Shown: positions 28,301 to 46,300, counted from the first letter of the stretch. The stretch is DNA of 64,000 nucleotides from Eledone cirrhosa (GCA_964016885.1 OZ024740.1:363568001-363632000), one strand, 5' to 3'. Program-made: numbers and translations. The notes: a model not told the origin generated them from the sequence alone.

Positions 28301-31300
28301 GTGCACAACACACATTCCCTCCTGATGCTGGTCCACAACACACATTACCTCCCAATACTGGTCCACAAAATACATTAACTCCCAATACTGGTCCACAACA
28401 CACATTACCTCCCAATACTGGTCCACAACAAACAATCCCTTCCAATACTGGTCCACAACACAGATTCCCTCCCAATACTGGTCCACAACACACATTACCT
28501 CCTGATGCTGGTCCACTACACACATTACCTCCCAATACTGGTCCACAACACACATTACCTCCCAATACTGGGCCACAACACACATTACCTCCCAATACTG
28601 GTCCACAACACACATTACCTCCCAATACTGGGCCACAACACACATTACCTCCCAATACTGGTCTACAAAACACATTAACTCTCAATACTGGTCCCCAACA
28701 CACATTACCTTCCAATACTGGTCCACAACACACATTAACTCTCAATACTGGTCCCCAATACTGGCCCCCAACACACATTACCTCCCAATACTGGTTCACA
28801 ACGCACATTACCTCCCAATACTGGTCCACAATAGACATTACCTCCTGATGCTGGTCCACAACACACATTACCTCCCAATACTGGTCCACAACACACATTT
28901 CCTCCTGATGCTGGTCCACAACACACATTACCTCCCAATACTGGTCCACAACACACATTCCCTCCCAATACTGGTCTACAATACACATTACCTCCTGATG
29001 CTGGTCCACAACACACATTACCTCCCAATACTGGTCCACAACACACATTACCTACTGATGCTGGTCCACAACACACATTACCTCCCAATACTGGCCCACA
29101 ACACAGATTACCTCCCAATACTGTGCCACAACACACAGTACCTCCCAATACTGGGCCACAACACACATTACCTCCCAATACTGGTCCACAACACACATTC
29201 CCTCCTGATGATGGTCCACAACACACATTACCTCCTGATACTGGTCCACAACACACATCACCTCCCAATACTTGTCCACAACACACATTACCTCCCAATA
29301 CTGGTCCACAACACACATTACCTCGCAATGCTGGTCCACAACACAGATTCCCTCCTGATACTGGTCCACAACACACATTACCTCCCAATACTGGTCCACA
29401 ACACACATTCCCTCCTGATACTGGTCCACAACAAACATTCCCTCCTGATGCTGGTCCATAACACACATTACCTCATGATACTGGTACACAACACACATTA
29501 CCTCCCAATACTGGTCCAAAACACACGTTACCTCCCAATACTGGTCCACAACACACATTCCTTCCCAATACTGGTCCACAACTCACATTAACTCCCAATA
29601 CTAGTCCACAACACACATTACCTCCCAATGCTGGTCCACAACACACATTCCCTCCCAATACTGGTCCACAACACACATTACCTCCTGATGCTGGTTCACA
29701 ACACACATTACCACCTGATGCTGGTCCACAACACACATTACCTCCCAATACTGGTCCACAACACACATTCCCTCCTGATACTGGTCCACAACACACATTC
29801 CCTCCTGATGCTGGTCCACAACACACATTACCTCCCAATACTGGTCCACAACACACATTACCTCCCAATACTGGTCCACAACACACATTACCTCCCAATA
29901 CTGGTACACAACACACATTACCTCCTGATGCTGGTCCACAACACACATTACGTCCCAATACTGGGCCACAGCACAGATTACCTCCCAATACTGGGCCACA
30001 ACACACATTACCTCCCAATACTGGTCCACAACACACATTACCTCCCAATACTGGGCCACAACACACATTACCTCCCAATACTGGTCCACAAAACACATTA
30101 ACTCTCAATACTGGTCCCCAACACACATTACCTTCCAATACTGGTCCACAACACACATTAACTCTCAATACTGGTCCCCAATACTGGTCCCCAACACACA
30201 TTACCTCCCAATACTGGTCCACAACGCACATTACCTCCCAATACAGGTCCACAATAGACATTACCTCCTGATGCTGGTCCACAACACACATTACCTCCCA
30301 ATACTGGTCCACAACACACATTTCCTCCTGATGCTGGTCCACGACACACATTACCTCCCAATACTGGTCCACAACACACATTACCTCCCAATACTGGTCT
30401 ACAATACACATTACCTCCTGATGCTGGTCCACAACACACATTACCTCCAAATACTGGTCCACAACACACATTACCTACTGATGCTGGTCCACAACACACA
30501 TTACCTCCCAATACTGGCCCACATCACAGATTACCTCCCAATACTGGGCCACAACACACAGTACCTCCCAATACTGGTCCACAACAAACATTCCCTCCTG
30601 ATGCTGGTCCATAACACACATTACCTCATGATACTGGTCCACAACACACATTACCTCCCAATACTGGTCCAAAACACACGTTACCTCCCAATACTGGTCC
30701 ACAACACACATTACCTTCCAATACTGGTCCACAACACACATTCCTTCCCAATACTGGTCCACAACACACATTAACTCCCAATACTGGTCCACAACACACA
30801 TTACCTCCCAATGCTGGTCCACAACACACATTCCCTCCCCATACTGGTCCACAACACACATTACCTCCTGATGCTGGTTCACAACACACATTACCTCCTG
30901 ATGCTGGTCCACAACACACATTACCTCCCAATACTGGTCCACAACACACATTCCCTCCTGATACTGGTCCACAACACACATTACCTCCTGATGCTGGTCC
31001 ACAACACACATTACCTCCCTATACTGGTCCACAACACACATTCCCTCCCAATACTGGTCCACATCACACATTCCCTCCCAATACTGGTCCACAACACACA
31101 TTCCGTCCTGATGCTGGTCCACAACACACATTACCTCCCAATACTGGTCCACATCACACATTACCTCCCAATACTGGTCCACAACACACATTACCTCCCA
31201 ATACTGGTCCACATCACACATTACCTCCCAATACTGGTCCACAACATACATTCCCTCCTGATGCTGGTCCACAACACACATTACCTCCCAATACTGGTCC

Positions 31301-34300
31301 ACATCACACATTACCTCCCAATACTGGTCCACAACACACATTCCCGCCTGATGCTGGTCCACAACACACATTACCTCCCAATACTGGTCCACAACACACA
31401 TTACCTCCCAATACTGGTCCACAACACACATTCCCTCCTGATGCTGGTCCACAACACACATTACCTCACAATACTGGTCCACATCACACATTACCTCCCA
31501 ATACTGGTCCACAACACACATTACCTCCCAATACTGGTCCACATCACACATTACCTCCCAATACTGGTCCACAACACACATTCCCGCCTGATGCTGGTCC
31601 ACATCACACATTACCTCCCAATACTGGTCCACAACACACATTCCCTCCTGATGCTGGTCCACAACACACATTACCTCCCAATACTGGTCCACAACACACA
31701 TTACCTCCCAATACTGGTCCACAACACACATTCCCGCCTGATGCTGGTCCACAACACACATTCCCTCCCAATACTGGTCCACAACACACATTCCCTCCTG
31801 ATGCTGGTCCACAACACACATTACCTCCTGATACTGGTCCACAACACACATTACCTCCCAGTACTGGTCCACAACACACATTACCTCCCAATACTGGTCT
31901 ACAACACACATTACCTCCCAATTCTGGCCCACAACACACATTACCTCCTGATGCTGGTCCACAACAAACGTTACCTCCCAATACTATTCCACAACAAACA
32001 TTACCTCCAAATACTGATCCACAACACACATTACCTCCCAATACTGGTCCACAACACACATTACCTACCAGTACTGGTCCACAACACACATTCCCTCCTG
32101 ATGCTGGTCCACAACACACATTACCTCCTGATGCTGGTCCACAACACACATTACCTCCCAATACTGGTCCACAATACACATTACCTCCCAATACTGGTCC
32201 ACAACACACATTACCTCCCAATACTGGTCCACAACACATATTACCTCCCAATACTGGTCCACAACACACATTTCCTCCTGATGCTGGTCCACAACACACA
32301 TTCCCTCCCAATACTGGTCCACAACACACATTCCCTCCCAATACTGGTCCACAACACACATTACCTCCCAATACTGGTCCACAACACACATAACATCCTG
32401 ATGCTAGTCCACAACCCACATTACCTCCCAATACTGGTCCACAACACACATTCCCTCCCAACACTGGTTCACAACACACATTAACTCCCAATACTGGTCC
32501 ACAACACACATTCCCTCCCAATACTGGTCCACAACACACATTAGCTCCCAATACTGGTCCACAACACACATTACCTCCCAATACTGGTCCACAACACACA
32601 TTACCTCCCAATAATGGTCCACAACACACATTAACTCCCAATATTGTTCCACAACACAGATTACCTCCCAATACTGGTCCACAACACACATTACCTCCCA
32701 ATACTGCTCCACAACACACATTATCTCCTGATGCTGGTCCACAACACACATTACCTCCCAATACTGGTCCACAACACACATTACCTCCCAATACTGGTCC
32801 ACAACACACATTCCCTCCTGATGCTGGTCCACAACACACATTCCCTCCCAATACTGGTCCACAACACACATTCCCTCCTGATGCTGGTCCACAACACACA
32901 TTACCTCCTGATACTGGTCCACAACACACATTACCTCCCAGTACTGGTCCACAACACACATTACCTCCCAATACTGGTCTACAACACACATTACCTCCCA
33001 ATACTGGCCCACAACACACAGTACCTCCTGATGCTGGTCCACAACAAACGTTACCTCCCATTACTATTCCACAACAAACATTACCTCCAAATACTGATCC
33101 ACAACACACATTACCTCCCAATACTGGTCCACAACACACATTACCTCCCAGTACTGGTCCACAACACACATTCCCTCCTGATGCTGGTCCACAACACACA
33201 TTACCTCCTGATGCTGGTCCACAACACACATTACCTCCCAATACTGGTCCACAATACACATTACCTCCCAATACTGGTCCACAACACACATTACCTCCCA
33301 ATACTGGTCCACAACACATATTACCTCCCAATACTGGTCCACAACACACATTTCCTCCTGATGCTGGTCCACAACACACATTCCCTCCCAATACTGGTCC
33401 ACAACACACATTCCCTCCCAATACTGGTCCACAACACACATTACCTCCCAATACTGGTCCACAACACACATAACATCCTGATGCTAGTCCACAACCCACA
33501 TTACCTCCCAATACTGGTCCACAACACACATTCCCTCCCAACACTGGTTCACAACACACATTACCTCCCAATACTGGTCCACAACACACATTCCCTCCCA
33601 ATACTGGTCCACAACACACATTAGCTCCCAATACTGGTCCACAACACACATTACCTCCCAATACTGGTCCACAACACACATTACCTCCCAATAATGGTCC
33701 ACAACACACATTACCTCCCAATACTGGTCCACAACACACATTCCCTCCCAATATTGTTCCACAACACACATTACCTCCCAATACTGGTCCACAACACACA
33801 TTACCTCCCAATACTGGTCCACAACACACATTACCTCCCAATACTGCTCCACAACACACATTATCTCCTGATGCTGGTCCACAACACACATTACCTCCCA
33901 ATACTGGTCCACAACACACATTACCTCCCAATACTAGTCCACAACACACATTACCTCCCAATACTAGTCCACAACACACATTATCTCCTGATGCTGGTCC
34001 ACAACACACATTACCTCCCAATACTGGTCCACTACACACATTACCTCCCAATACTGGTCCACAACACACATTACCTCCCAATACTGGTCCACAACACACA
34101 TTGCCTCCCAATACTGGTCCACAACACACATTACCTCCCAATACTGGTCCACTACACACATTACCTCCCAATACTGGTCCACAACACACATAATCTCCTG
34201 ATGCTGGTCCATAACACACATTCCCTCCTGATGCTGGTCCACAACACACATTACCTCCCAATACTGGTCCACAACACACATAACATCCTGATGCTGGTCC

Positions 34301-37300
34301 ATAACACACTTTCCCTCCTGATGCTGGTCCAGAACACACATTACCTCCTGATGCTGGTCCACAACACAAATTACCTCCCAATACTGGTACACAACACACA
34401 TTACCTTCCAATACTGGTACACAACACACATTACCTTCCAATACTGGTACACAACACACATTACCTCCTGATACTGGTTAACAACACACATTACCTCCCA
34501 ATACTGGTCGACAACACACATTACCTCCCAATACTGGTCCACAACCCACATTAAATCCCAATACTGGTACACAACACACATTACCTCCTAATGCTGGTCC
34601 ACAACACACATTACCTCCCAATACTGGTCCACAACACACATTACCTCCCAATACTGCTCCAGAACACACATTACCTCCTGATGCTGGTCCACAACACACA
34701 TTACCTCCCAATACTGGTCCACAACACTCATCACCTCCCAATACTCGTCCACAACACTTATCACCTCCCAATACTGGTCCACAACACACATCACCTCCCA
34801 ATACTCGTCGACAACACACATTACCTCCTGACGATGGTCCACAACACACATTACCTCCCAATACTGATCACCAACACACATTACCTCCTGATGCTGGTCC
34901 ACAACACACATTACCTCCCAATACTGATCTACAAAAACATTAGCTCCCAATACTGGTCCACAACACACATTACCTCCCAATACTGGTCCACAACACACAT
35001 TCTCTCCCAATACTTATCCACAACACACATTCCCTCCCAATACTCGTCCACAACACACATTCCCTCCTGATGCTGGTCCACAACACGCATTACCTCCTGA
35101 TGCTGGTCCACAACACATATTCCCTCCCCATACTGGTCCACAACACACATTCCCTCCTAATACTGTTCCACAACACACATAAACTCCCCATAATGTTCCT
35201 CAACATACATTCCCTCCCAATACTGGTCCACAACACACATTCCTTCCTAATACTGGTCCCCAAAACACATTACCTCCCAATAGTGGTCCACAACACACAT
35301 TACATCCTGATGCTGGTCCACAACACAGATTAACTCCCAATACTGGTCCACAACACAAATTACCTCCCAATACTGGTCCCCAACACACATTACCTCCCAA
35401 TACTGGTCCACAACACACATTCCCTCCCAACACTGGTCCACAACACACATTACCTCCCAATACTGGTCCACAACACACATTACCTCCCAATAATGGTCCA
35501 CAACACACATTACCTCCCAATACTGGTCCACAACACACATTACCTCCCAATACTGATCACCAACACACATTACCTCCTGATGCTGGTCCACAACACACAT
35601 TACCTCCCAATACTGGTCTACAAACACATTAGCTCCCAATACTGGTCCACAACACACATTCTCTCCCAATACTGGTCCACAACACACGTTCCCTCCCAAC
35701 ACTCGTCCACAACACACATTCCCGCCTGATGCTGGTCCACAACACGCATTACCTCCTGATGCTGGTCCACAACACACATTACCTCCCGATACTGGTCCCC
35801 AACAAACATTACCTCCCAATACTGGTCCACAACACACATTACCTCCCCATACTGGTCGACAACACACATTCCCTCCTAATACCGTTCCACAACACACATT
35901 GCCTACCCATAATGTTACTCAACACACATTACCTCCCAATACTGGTCCACAACACACATTCCTTCCTAATACTGGTCCCCAACACAAATTACCTCCCAAT
36001 ACTGGTCCCCAACACACATTACCTCCCAATACTGGTTCACAACACACATTCCCTCCCAATACTCGTCCACAACACACATTACCTCCCAATACTGGTCCAC
36101 AACACACATTACCTCCCAATAATGGTCCACAACACACGTTACTTCCCAATACTGGTCCACAACACACATTAATTCCTGATGCTGGTCCAGAACACACATA
36201 ACCTCCCAATACTGGTCCATAACATACATTACCTCCCAATACTGGTCCCCAACACAAATTACCTCCCAATACTGGTCCACAAAACACATTACTTCCCAAT
36301 ACTGGTACACAACACACATTACCTCCCAATACTGATCCACAACACACATTACCTCCCAATACTGGTCCACAACACACATTACCTCCCAATACTGATCCAC
36401 AACACACATTACCTCCCAATACTGGTCCACAACACACATTACCTCCCAATAATGGTACACAACACACATTACATTCCAATACTGTTCCACAACACGCATT
36501 ACCTTTCAATACTGGTCCACAACACACATTACCTCCCAATAATGGTACACAACACACATTACCTCCCAATAATGGTACACAACACACATTACCTCCCAAA
36601 ACTGGTCGACAACACACATTACCTCCCAATACTGGTCCACAACACACATTACCTACTGATGCTGGTCCACAACACACATTCCCACCTGATGCTGGTCCAC
36701 AACACACATTACCTCCCAATACTGGTCCACAACACACATTCCCTCCTGATGCTGGTCCACAACACACATTACCTCCCAATACTGGTCCACAACACACATT
36801 ACCTCCCAATAATTGTCCACAACACACATTACCTCCCAATACCAGTCCACAACACACATTACCTCCCAATACTGGTCCACAACACACATTACCTCCCAAT
36901 ACTGGTCCACAACACACATTACCTCCTGATGCTGGTCCACAACACACATTCCCTCCCAATACTGATCCACAACACACATTACCTCCCAATACTGGTCCAC
37001 AACACACATTACCTACCAATACCGGTCCACAACACACATTACCTCCCAATACTGGTCCACAACACACGTTACCTCCCAATACTGGTCCACAACACACATT
37101 ACCTCCCAATACTGGTCCACAACACACATTACCTCCAAATACTGGTCCATAACACACATTAACTCCCAATACTGGTACACAACACACATTACCTCCTGAT
37201 GCTGGACAACAGCAGACATTACCTCCCAATACTGGTCCACAACACACATTACCTCCCAATACTGGTCCACAACACACATTACCTCCAAATACTGGTCCAC

Positions 37301-40300
37301 AACACACATTACCTCCCAATACTGGTCCACAACACACATTCCCTACCGATACTGGTCCACCACACACATTACCTCCCAATACTGGTCCACAACACACATT
37401 CCCACACAATACTGGTCCACAATACACATTCCCTCCTGATGCTGGTCCACAACACACATTCCCTCCCAATACTGGACCACAACACACATTACCTCCCAAT
37501 ACTGGTCCACAACACACATTCCCACACAATACTGGTCCACAATACACATTACCTCCCTATACTGGTCCACAACACACATTACCTCCTGATGCTGGTCCAC
37601 AACACACATTCCCTCCCAATACTGGTACACAACACATATTCCCTCCTGATGCTGGTCCACAACATACATTACCTCCCAATACTGGTCCACAACACACATT
37701 ACCTCCCAATACTGGTCCACAACACACATTACCTCCCAATACTGGTCCACAACACACATTACCTCCTAATACTGGTCCACAACACACATTACCTCCTGAT
37801 GCTGGTCCACTACACACATTACCTCCCAATACTGGTCCACAACACACATTACCTCCCTATACTGGTCCACAACACACATTACCTCCCAATACTGGTCCAA
37901 AACACACATTACCTCCCAATACTAGTCCACAACACACGTTACCTCCCAATACTGGTCCACAACACACATTGCCTCCTGATACTGGTCCACTACACACATT
38001 ACCTCCCAATACTGGTCCACAACACACATTACCTCCCAATACTGGTCCACAACACACATAACCTCCTGATGCTGGTCCATAACACACATTCCCTCCTGAT
38101 GCTGGTCCACAACACACATTTCCTCCTGATGCTGGTCCACAACACACATTACCTCCTGATGCTGGTCCACAACACACATTACCTCCCAATACTGGTCCAC
38201 AACACATATTACCTCCCAATACTGGTCCACAACACACATTCCCTCCTGATGCTGGTCCACAACACACATTACCTCCCAATACTGGTCCACAACACACATT
38301 ACCTCCCAATAATTGTCCACAACACACATTACCTCCCAATACCGGTCCACAACACACATTACCTCCCAATACTGGTCCACAACACACATCACCTCCCAAT
38401 ACTGGTCCACAACACACATTACCTCCTGATGCTGGTCCACAACACACATTCCCTCCCAATACTGATCCACAACACACATTACCTCCCAATACTGGTCCAC
38501 AACACACATTACCTACCAATACTGCTCCACAACACACATTACCTCCCAATACTGGTCCACAACACACGTTACCTCCTGATGCTGGTCCACAACACACATT
38601 ACCTCCCAATACTGGTCCACAACACACATTACCTCCCAATACTGGTCCACAACACACATTACCTCCCAATACTGGTCCACAACAAACATTACCTCCCAAT
38701 ACTGTTCCACAACACACATTACCTCCAAATACTGGTCCACAACACACATTACCTCCCAATACTGGTCCACAACACACATTACCTCCTGATGCTGGTCCAC
38801 AACACACATTACCTCCCAATACTGGCCCACAACACACATTACCTCCCAATACTGGTCCACAACACACATTACCTCCTGATGCTGGTCCACAACACACATT
38901 ACCTCCCAATACTTGTCCACAACACATATTACCTCCTGATGCTGGTCCACAGCACACATTACCTCCTGATACTGGTCCACAACACATATTACCTCCTGAT
39001 GCTGGTCCACAACACACATTACCTCCCAATACTGGTCCACAACACACATTACCTCCTGATGCTGGTCCAAAACACACATTACCTCCCAATACTGGCCCAC
39101 AACACACATTACCTCCCAATACTGGTCCACAACACACATTACCTCCTGATGCTGGTCCACAACACACATTACCTCCCAATACTGGTCCACAACACACATT
39201 ACCTCCCAATACTGTTCCACAACACACATTACCTCCAAATACTGGTCCACAACACACATTACCTCCCAATACTGGTCCACAACACACATTACCTCCTGAT
39301 GCTGGTCCACAACACACATTACCTCCCAATACTGGCCCACAACACACATTACCTCCCAATACTGGTCCACAACACACATTACCTCCTGATGCTGGTCCAC
39401 AACACACATTACCTCCCAATACTTGTCCACAACACTCATTACCTCCTGATGCTGGTCCACAGCACACATTACCTCCTGATACTGGTCCACAACACATATT
39501 ACCTCCTGATGCTGGTCCACAACACACATTACCTCCCAATACTGATCTTCAAAACACATTACCTCCCAATACTGGACCACAAACAACATTACCTCCCAAT
39601 ACTGGTCTCCAACACACATTACCTCCCAATACTGGTCCACAACACACATTACCTCCCAATACTGGTCCACAACACACATTACCTCCCAATAATGGTCCAC
39701 AACACACGTTACTTCCCAATACTGGTCCACAACACACATTAATTCCTGATGCTGGCCAGAACACACATAACCTCCCAATACTGGTCCATAACATACATTA
39801 CCTCCCAATACTGGTCCCCAACACAAATTACCTCCCAATACTGGTCCACAAAACACATTACTTCCCAATACTGGTACACAACACACATTACCTCCCAATA
39901 CTGATCCACAACACACATTACCTCCCAATACTGGTCCACAACACACATTACCTCCCAATACTGATCCACAACACACATTACCTCCCAATACTGGTCCACA
40001 ACACACATTACCTCCCAATAATGGTACACAACACACATTACCTTCCAATACTGTTCCACAACACGCAATACCTTTCAATACTGGTCCACAACACACTTTA
40101 CCTCCCAATAATGGTACACAACACACATTACCTCCCAATAATGGTACACAACACACATTACCTCCCAAAACTGGTCGACAACACACATTACCTCCCAATA
40201 CTGGTCCACAACACACATTACCTACTGATGCTGGTCCACAACACACATTCCCACCTGATGCTGGTCCACAACACACATTACCTCCCAATACTGGTCACAA

Positions 40301-43300
40301 CACACATTCCCTCCTGATGCTGGTCCACAACACACATTACCTCCCAATACTGGTCCACAACACACATTACCTCCCAATAATTGTCCACAACACACATTAC
40401 CTCCCAATACCGGTCCACAACACACATTACCTCCCAATACTGGTCCACAACACACATTACCTCCCAATACTGGTCCACAACACACATTACCTCCTGATGC
40501 TGGTCCACAACACACATTCCCTCCCAATACTGACCCACAACACACATTACCTCCCAATACTGGTCCACAACACACATTACCTACCAATACCGGTCCACAA
40601 CACACATTACCTCCCAATACTGGTCCACAACACACGTTACCTCCCAATACTGGTCCACAACACACATTACCTCCCAATACTGGTCCACAACACACATTAC
40701 CTCCAAATACTGGTCCATAACACACATTAACTCCCAATACTGGTACACAACACACATTACCTCCTGATGCTGGACAACAGCAGACATTACCTCCCAATAC
40801 TGGTCCACAACACACATTACCTCCCAATACTGGTCCACAACACACAGTACCTCCAAATACTGGTCCACAACACACATTACCTCCCAATATTGGTCCACAA
40901 CACACATTCCCTACCGATACTGGTCCACCACACACATTACCTCCCAATACTGGTCCACAACACACATTCCCACACAATACTGGTCCACAATACACATTCC
41001 CTCCTGATGCTGGTCCACTACACACATTACCTCCCAATACTGGTCCACAACACACATTACCTCCCTATACTGGTCCACAACACACATTACCTCCCAATAC
41101 TGGTCCAAAACACACATTACCTCCCAATACTAGTCCACAACACACGTTACCTCCCAATACTGGTCCACAACACACATTGCCTCCTGATACTGGTCCACTA
41201 CACACATTACCTCCCAATACTGGTCCACAACACACATTACCTCCCAATACTGGTCCACAACACACATAACCTCCTGATGCTGGTCCATAACACACATTCC
41301 CTCCTGATGCTGGTCCACAACACACATTTCCTCCTGATGCTGGTCCACAACACACATTACCTCCTGATGCTGGTCCACAACACACATTACCTCCCAATAC
41401 TGGTCCACAACACATATTACCTCCCAATACTGGTCCACAACACACATTCCCTCCTGATGCTGGTCCACAACACACATTACCTCCCAATACTGGTCCACAA
41501 CACACATTACCTCCCAATAATTGTCCACAACACACATTACCTCCCAATACCGGTCCACAACACACATTACCTCCCAATACTGGTCCACAACACACATCAC
41601 CTCCCAATACTGGTCCACAACACACCTTACCTCCTGATGCTGGTCCACAACACACATTCCCTCCCAATACTGATCCACAACACACATTACCTCCCAATAC
41701 TGGTCCACAACACACATTACCTACCAATACTGCTCCACAACACACATTACCTCCCAATACTGGTCCACAACACACGTTACCTCCTGATGCTGGTCCACAA
41801 CACACATTACCTCCCAATACTGGTCCACAACACACATTACCTCCCAATACTGGTCCACAACACACATTACCTCCCAATACTGGTCCACAACACACATTAC
41901 CTCCCAATACTGTTTCACAACACACATTACCTCCAAATACTGGTCCACAACACACATTACCTCCCAATACTGGTCCACAACACACATTACCTCCTGATGC
42001 TGGTCCACAACACACATTACCTCCCAATACTGGTCCACAACACACATTACCTCCTGATGCTGGTCCACAGCACACATTACCTCCTGATACTGGTCCACAA
42101 CACATATTACCTCCTGATGCTGGTCCACAACACACATTACCTCCCAATACTGGTCCACAACACACATTACCTCCTGATGCTGGTCCAAAACACACATTAC
42201 CTCCCAATACTGGTCCACAACACACATTACCTCCTGATGCTGGTCCAAAACACACATTACCTCCCAATACTGGTCCACAACACACATTACCTCCTGATGC
42301 TGGTCCAAAACACACATTACCTCCCAATACTGGCCCACAACACACATTACCTCCCAATACTGGTCCACAACACACATTACCTCCTGATGCTGGTCCACAA
42401 CACACATTACCTCCCAATACTTGTCCACAACACACATTACCTCCTGATGCTGGTCCACAACACACATTACCTCCCAATACTTGTCCACAACACTCATTAC
42501 CTCCTGATGCTGGTCCACAGCACACATTACCTCCTGATACTGGTCCACAACACATATTACCTCCTGATGCTGGTCCACAACACACATTACCTCCAAATAC
42601 TGGTCCATAACACACATTAACTCCCAATACTGGTACACAACACACATTACCTCCTGATGCTGGACAACAGCAGACATTACCTCCCAATACTGGTCCACAA
42701 CACACATTACCTCCCAATACTGGTCCACAACACACATTACCTCCAAATACTGGTCCACAACACACATTACCTCCCAATATTGGTCCACAACACACATTCC
42801 CTACCGATACTGGTCCACCACACACATTACCTCCCAATACTGGTCCACAACACACATTCCCACACAATACTGGTCCACAATACACATTCCCTCCTGATGC
42901 TGGTCCACAACACACATGCCCTCCCAATACTGGACCACAACACACATTACCTCCCAATACTGGTCCACAACACACATTCCCACACAATACTGGTCCACAA
43001 TACACATTACCTCCCTATACTGGTCCACAACACACATTACCTCCTGATGCTGGTCCACAACACACATTCCCTCCCAATACTGGTACACAACACATATTCC
43101 CTCCTGATGCTGGTCCACAACACACATTACCTCCCAATACTGGTCCACAACACACATTACCTCCCAATACTGGTCCACAACACACATTACCTCCCAATAC
43201 TGGTCCACAACACACATTACCTCCTAATACTGGTCCACAACACACATTACCTCCTGATGCTGGTCCACTACACACATTACCTCCCAATACTGGTCCACAA

Positions 43301-46300
43301 CACACATTACCTCCCTATACTGGTCCACAACACACATTACCTCCCAATACTGGTCCAAAACACACATTACCTCCCAATACTAGTCCACAACACACGTTAC
43401 CTCCCAATACTGGTCCACAACACACATTGCCTCCTGATACTGGTCCACTACACACATTACCTCCCAATACTGGTCCACAACACACATTACCTCCCAATAC
43501 TGGTCCACAACACACATAACCTCCTGATGCTGGTCCATAACACACATTCCCTCCTGATGCTGGTCCACAACACACATTTCCTCCTGATGCTGGTCCACAA
43601 CACACATTACCTCCTGATGCTGGTCCACAACACACATTACCTCCCAATACTGGTCCACAACACATATTACCTCCCAATACTGGTCCACAACACACAATCC
43701 CTCCTGATGCTGGTCCACAACACACATTACCTCCCAATACTGGTCCACAACACACATTACCTCCCAATAATTGTCCACAACACACATTACCTCCTGATGC
43801 TGGTCCACAACACACATTCCCTCCCAATACTGATCCACAACACACATTACCTCCCAATACTGGTCCACAACACACATTACCTACCAATACTGCTCCACAA
43901 CACACATTACCTCCCAATACTGGTCCACAACACACGTTACCTCCTGATGCTGGTCCACAACACACATTACCTCCCAATACTGGTCCACAACACACATTAC
44001 CTCCCAATACTGGTCCACAACACACATTACCTCCTGATGCTGGTCCACAACACACATTACCTCCCAATACTGGTCCACAACACACATTACCTCCCAATAC
44101 TGGTCCACAACACACATTACCTCCTGATGCTGGTCCACAACACACATTACCTCCCAATACTTGTCCACAACACACATTACCTCCTGATGCTGGTCCACAG
44201 CACACATTACCTCCTGATACTGGTCCACAACACATATTACCTCCTGATGCTGGTCCACAACACACATTACCTCCCAATACTGGTCCACAACACACATTAC
44301 CTCCTGATGCTGGTCCAAAACACACATTACCTCCCAATACTGGCCCACAACACACATTACCTCCCAATACTGGTCCACAACACACATTACCTCCTGATGC
44401 TGGTCCACAACACACATTACCTCCCAATACTGGTCCACAACACATATTACCTCCTGATGCTGGTCCACAACACACATTACCTCCCAATACTGGTCTACAA
44501 ACACATTACCTCCCAATACTGGACCACAAACAACATTACCTCCCAATACTGGTCTCCAACACACATTACCTCCCAATACTGGTCCACAACACACATTACC
44601 TCCCAATACTGGTCCACAACACACATTCCCTCCCAATACTCGTCCATAACACACATTCCCTCCCAATACTGGTCCACAACACACATTCCCTCCCAACACT
44701 GGTCCACAACACACATTCCCTCCTGATGCTGGTGCACAACACACATTCCCTCCCAATACTGGTCCACAACACACATTCCCTCCCAACACTGGTCAACAAC
44801 ACACATTCCCTCCTGATGCTGGTCCACAACACACATTACCTCCCAATACTTGTCCACAACACACATTCCCTCCCAATACTGCTCCACAACACACATTCCC
44901 TCCCAACACTGGTCCACAACACACATTACCTCCTGATGCTGGTCCACAACACACATTCCCTCCCAATACTTGTCCACAACACACATTACCTCCCAATACT
45001 GGTCCACAATACACATTACCTCCCAATACTGGTCCACAACACACATTACCTCCCAATACTGGTCCACAACACACATTACCTCCCAATACTGGTCCACAGC
45101 ACACATTACCTCTCAATAATGGTCCACAACACACATTACCTCCTGATGCTGGTCCACAACACACATTACCTCCCAATACTGGTCCACAACACACATTACC
45201 TCCTGATGCTGGTCCACAACACACATTCCCTCCCAATACTGGTCCACAACACATATTCCCTCCTGATGCTGGTCCACAACACACATTACCTCCCAATACT
45301 GGTCCACAACACACATTACCTCCTGATGCTGGTCCACAACACACATTACCTCCTAATACTGGTCCACAACACACATTACCTCCCGATGCTGGTCCACTAC
45401 ACACATTACCTCCCAATACTGGTCCACAACACACATTACCTCCCTATACTGGTCCACAACACACATTACCTCCCAATACTGGTCCAAAACACACATTACC
45501 TCCCAATACTAGTCCACAACACATGTTACCTCCCAATACTGGTCCACAACACACATTGTCTCCTGATACTGGTCCACTACACACATTACCTCCCAATACT
45601 GGTCCACAACACACATAAACTCCTGATGCTGGTCCATAACACACATTCCCTCCTGATGCTGGTCCACAACACACATTTCCTCCTGATGCTGGTCCACAAC
45701 ACACATTACCTCCTGATGCTGGTCCACAACACACATTACCTCCCAATACTGGTCCACAACACATATTACCTCCCAATACTGGTCCACAACACACATTACC
45801 TCCCAATACTGGTCCACAACACACATTACCTCCCAATACTGGTCCACAACACACATTACCTGCCAATACGGGTCCACAACATACATTAACTCCCAATAAC
45901 TGGTCCACAACACACATTACCTACCAATACTGGTCCACAACACAAATTACATCGCAATACTGGTCCACAAAACACATTACCTGCTGATTGTGGTGCACAA
46001 CACACATTAACTCCCAATACTGGTCCACAACACACATTACATCGCAATACTGGTCCACAAAACACATTACCTCCCAATACTGGTCCACAACACACATTAC
46101 CTCCTGATGCTGGTCCATAACACATATTACCTCCCAATACTGGTCCACAACACACATTACGTCCCAATACAGGTCCACAACACACATTACCTCCCAATAC
46201 TGGTCCACAACACACATTACCTCCTGATACTGTTCCACAACACACATTACTTCCCAATACTGGTCCACAACACACATTACCTCCCAATACTGGTCCACAA

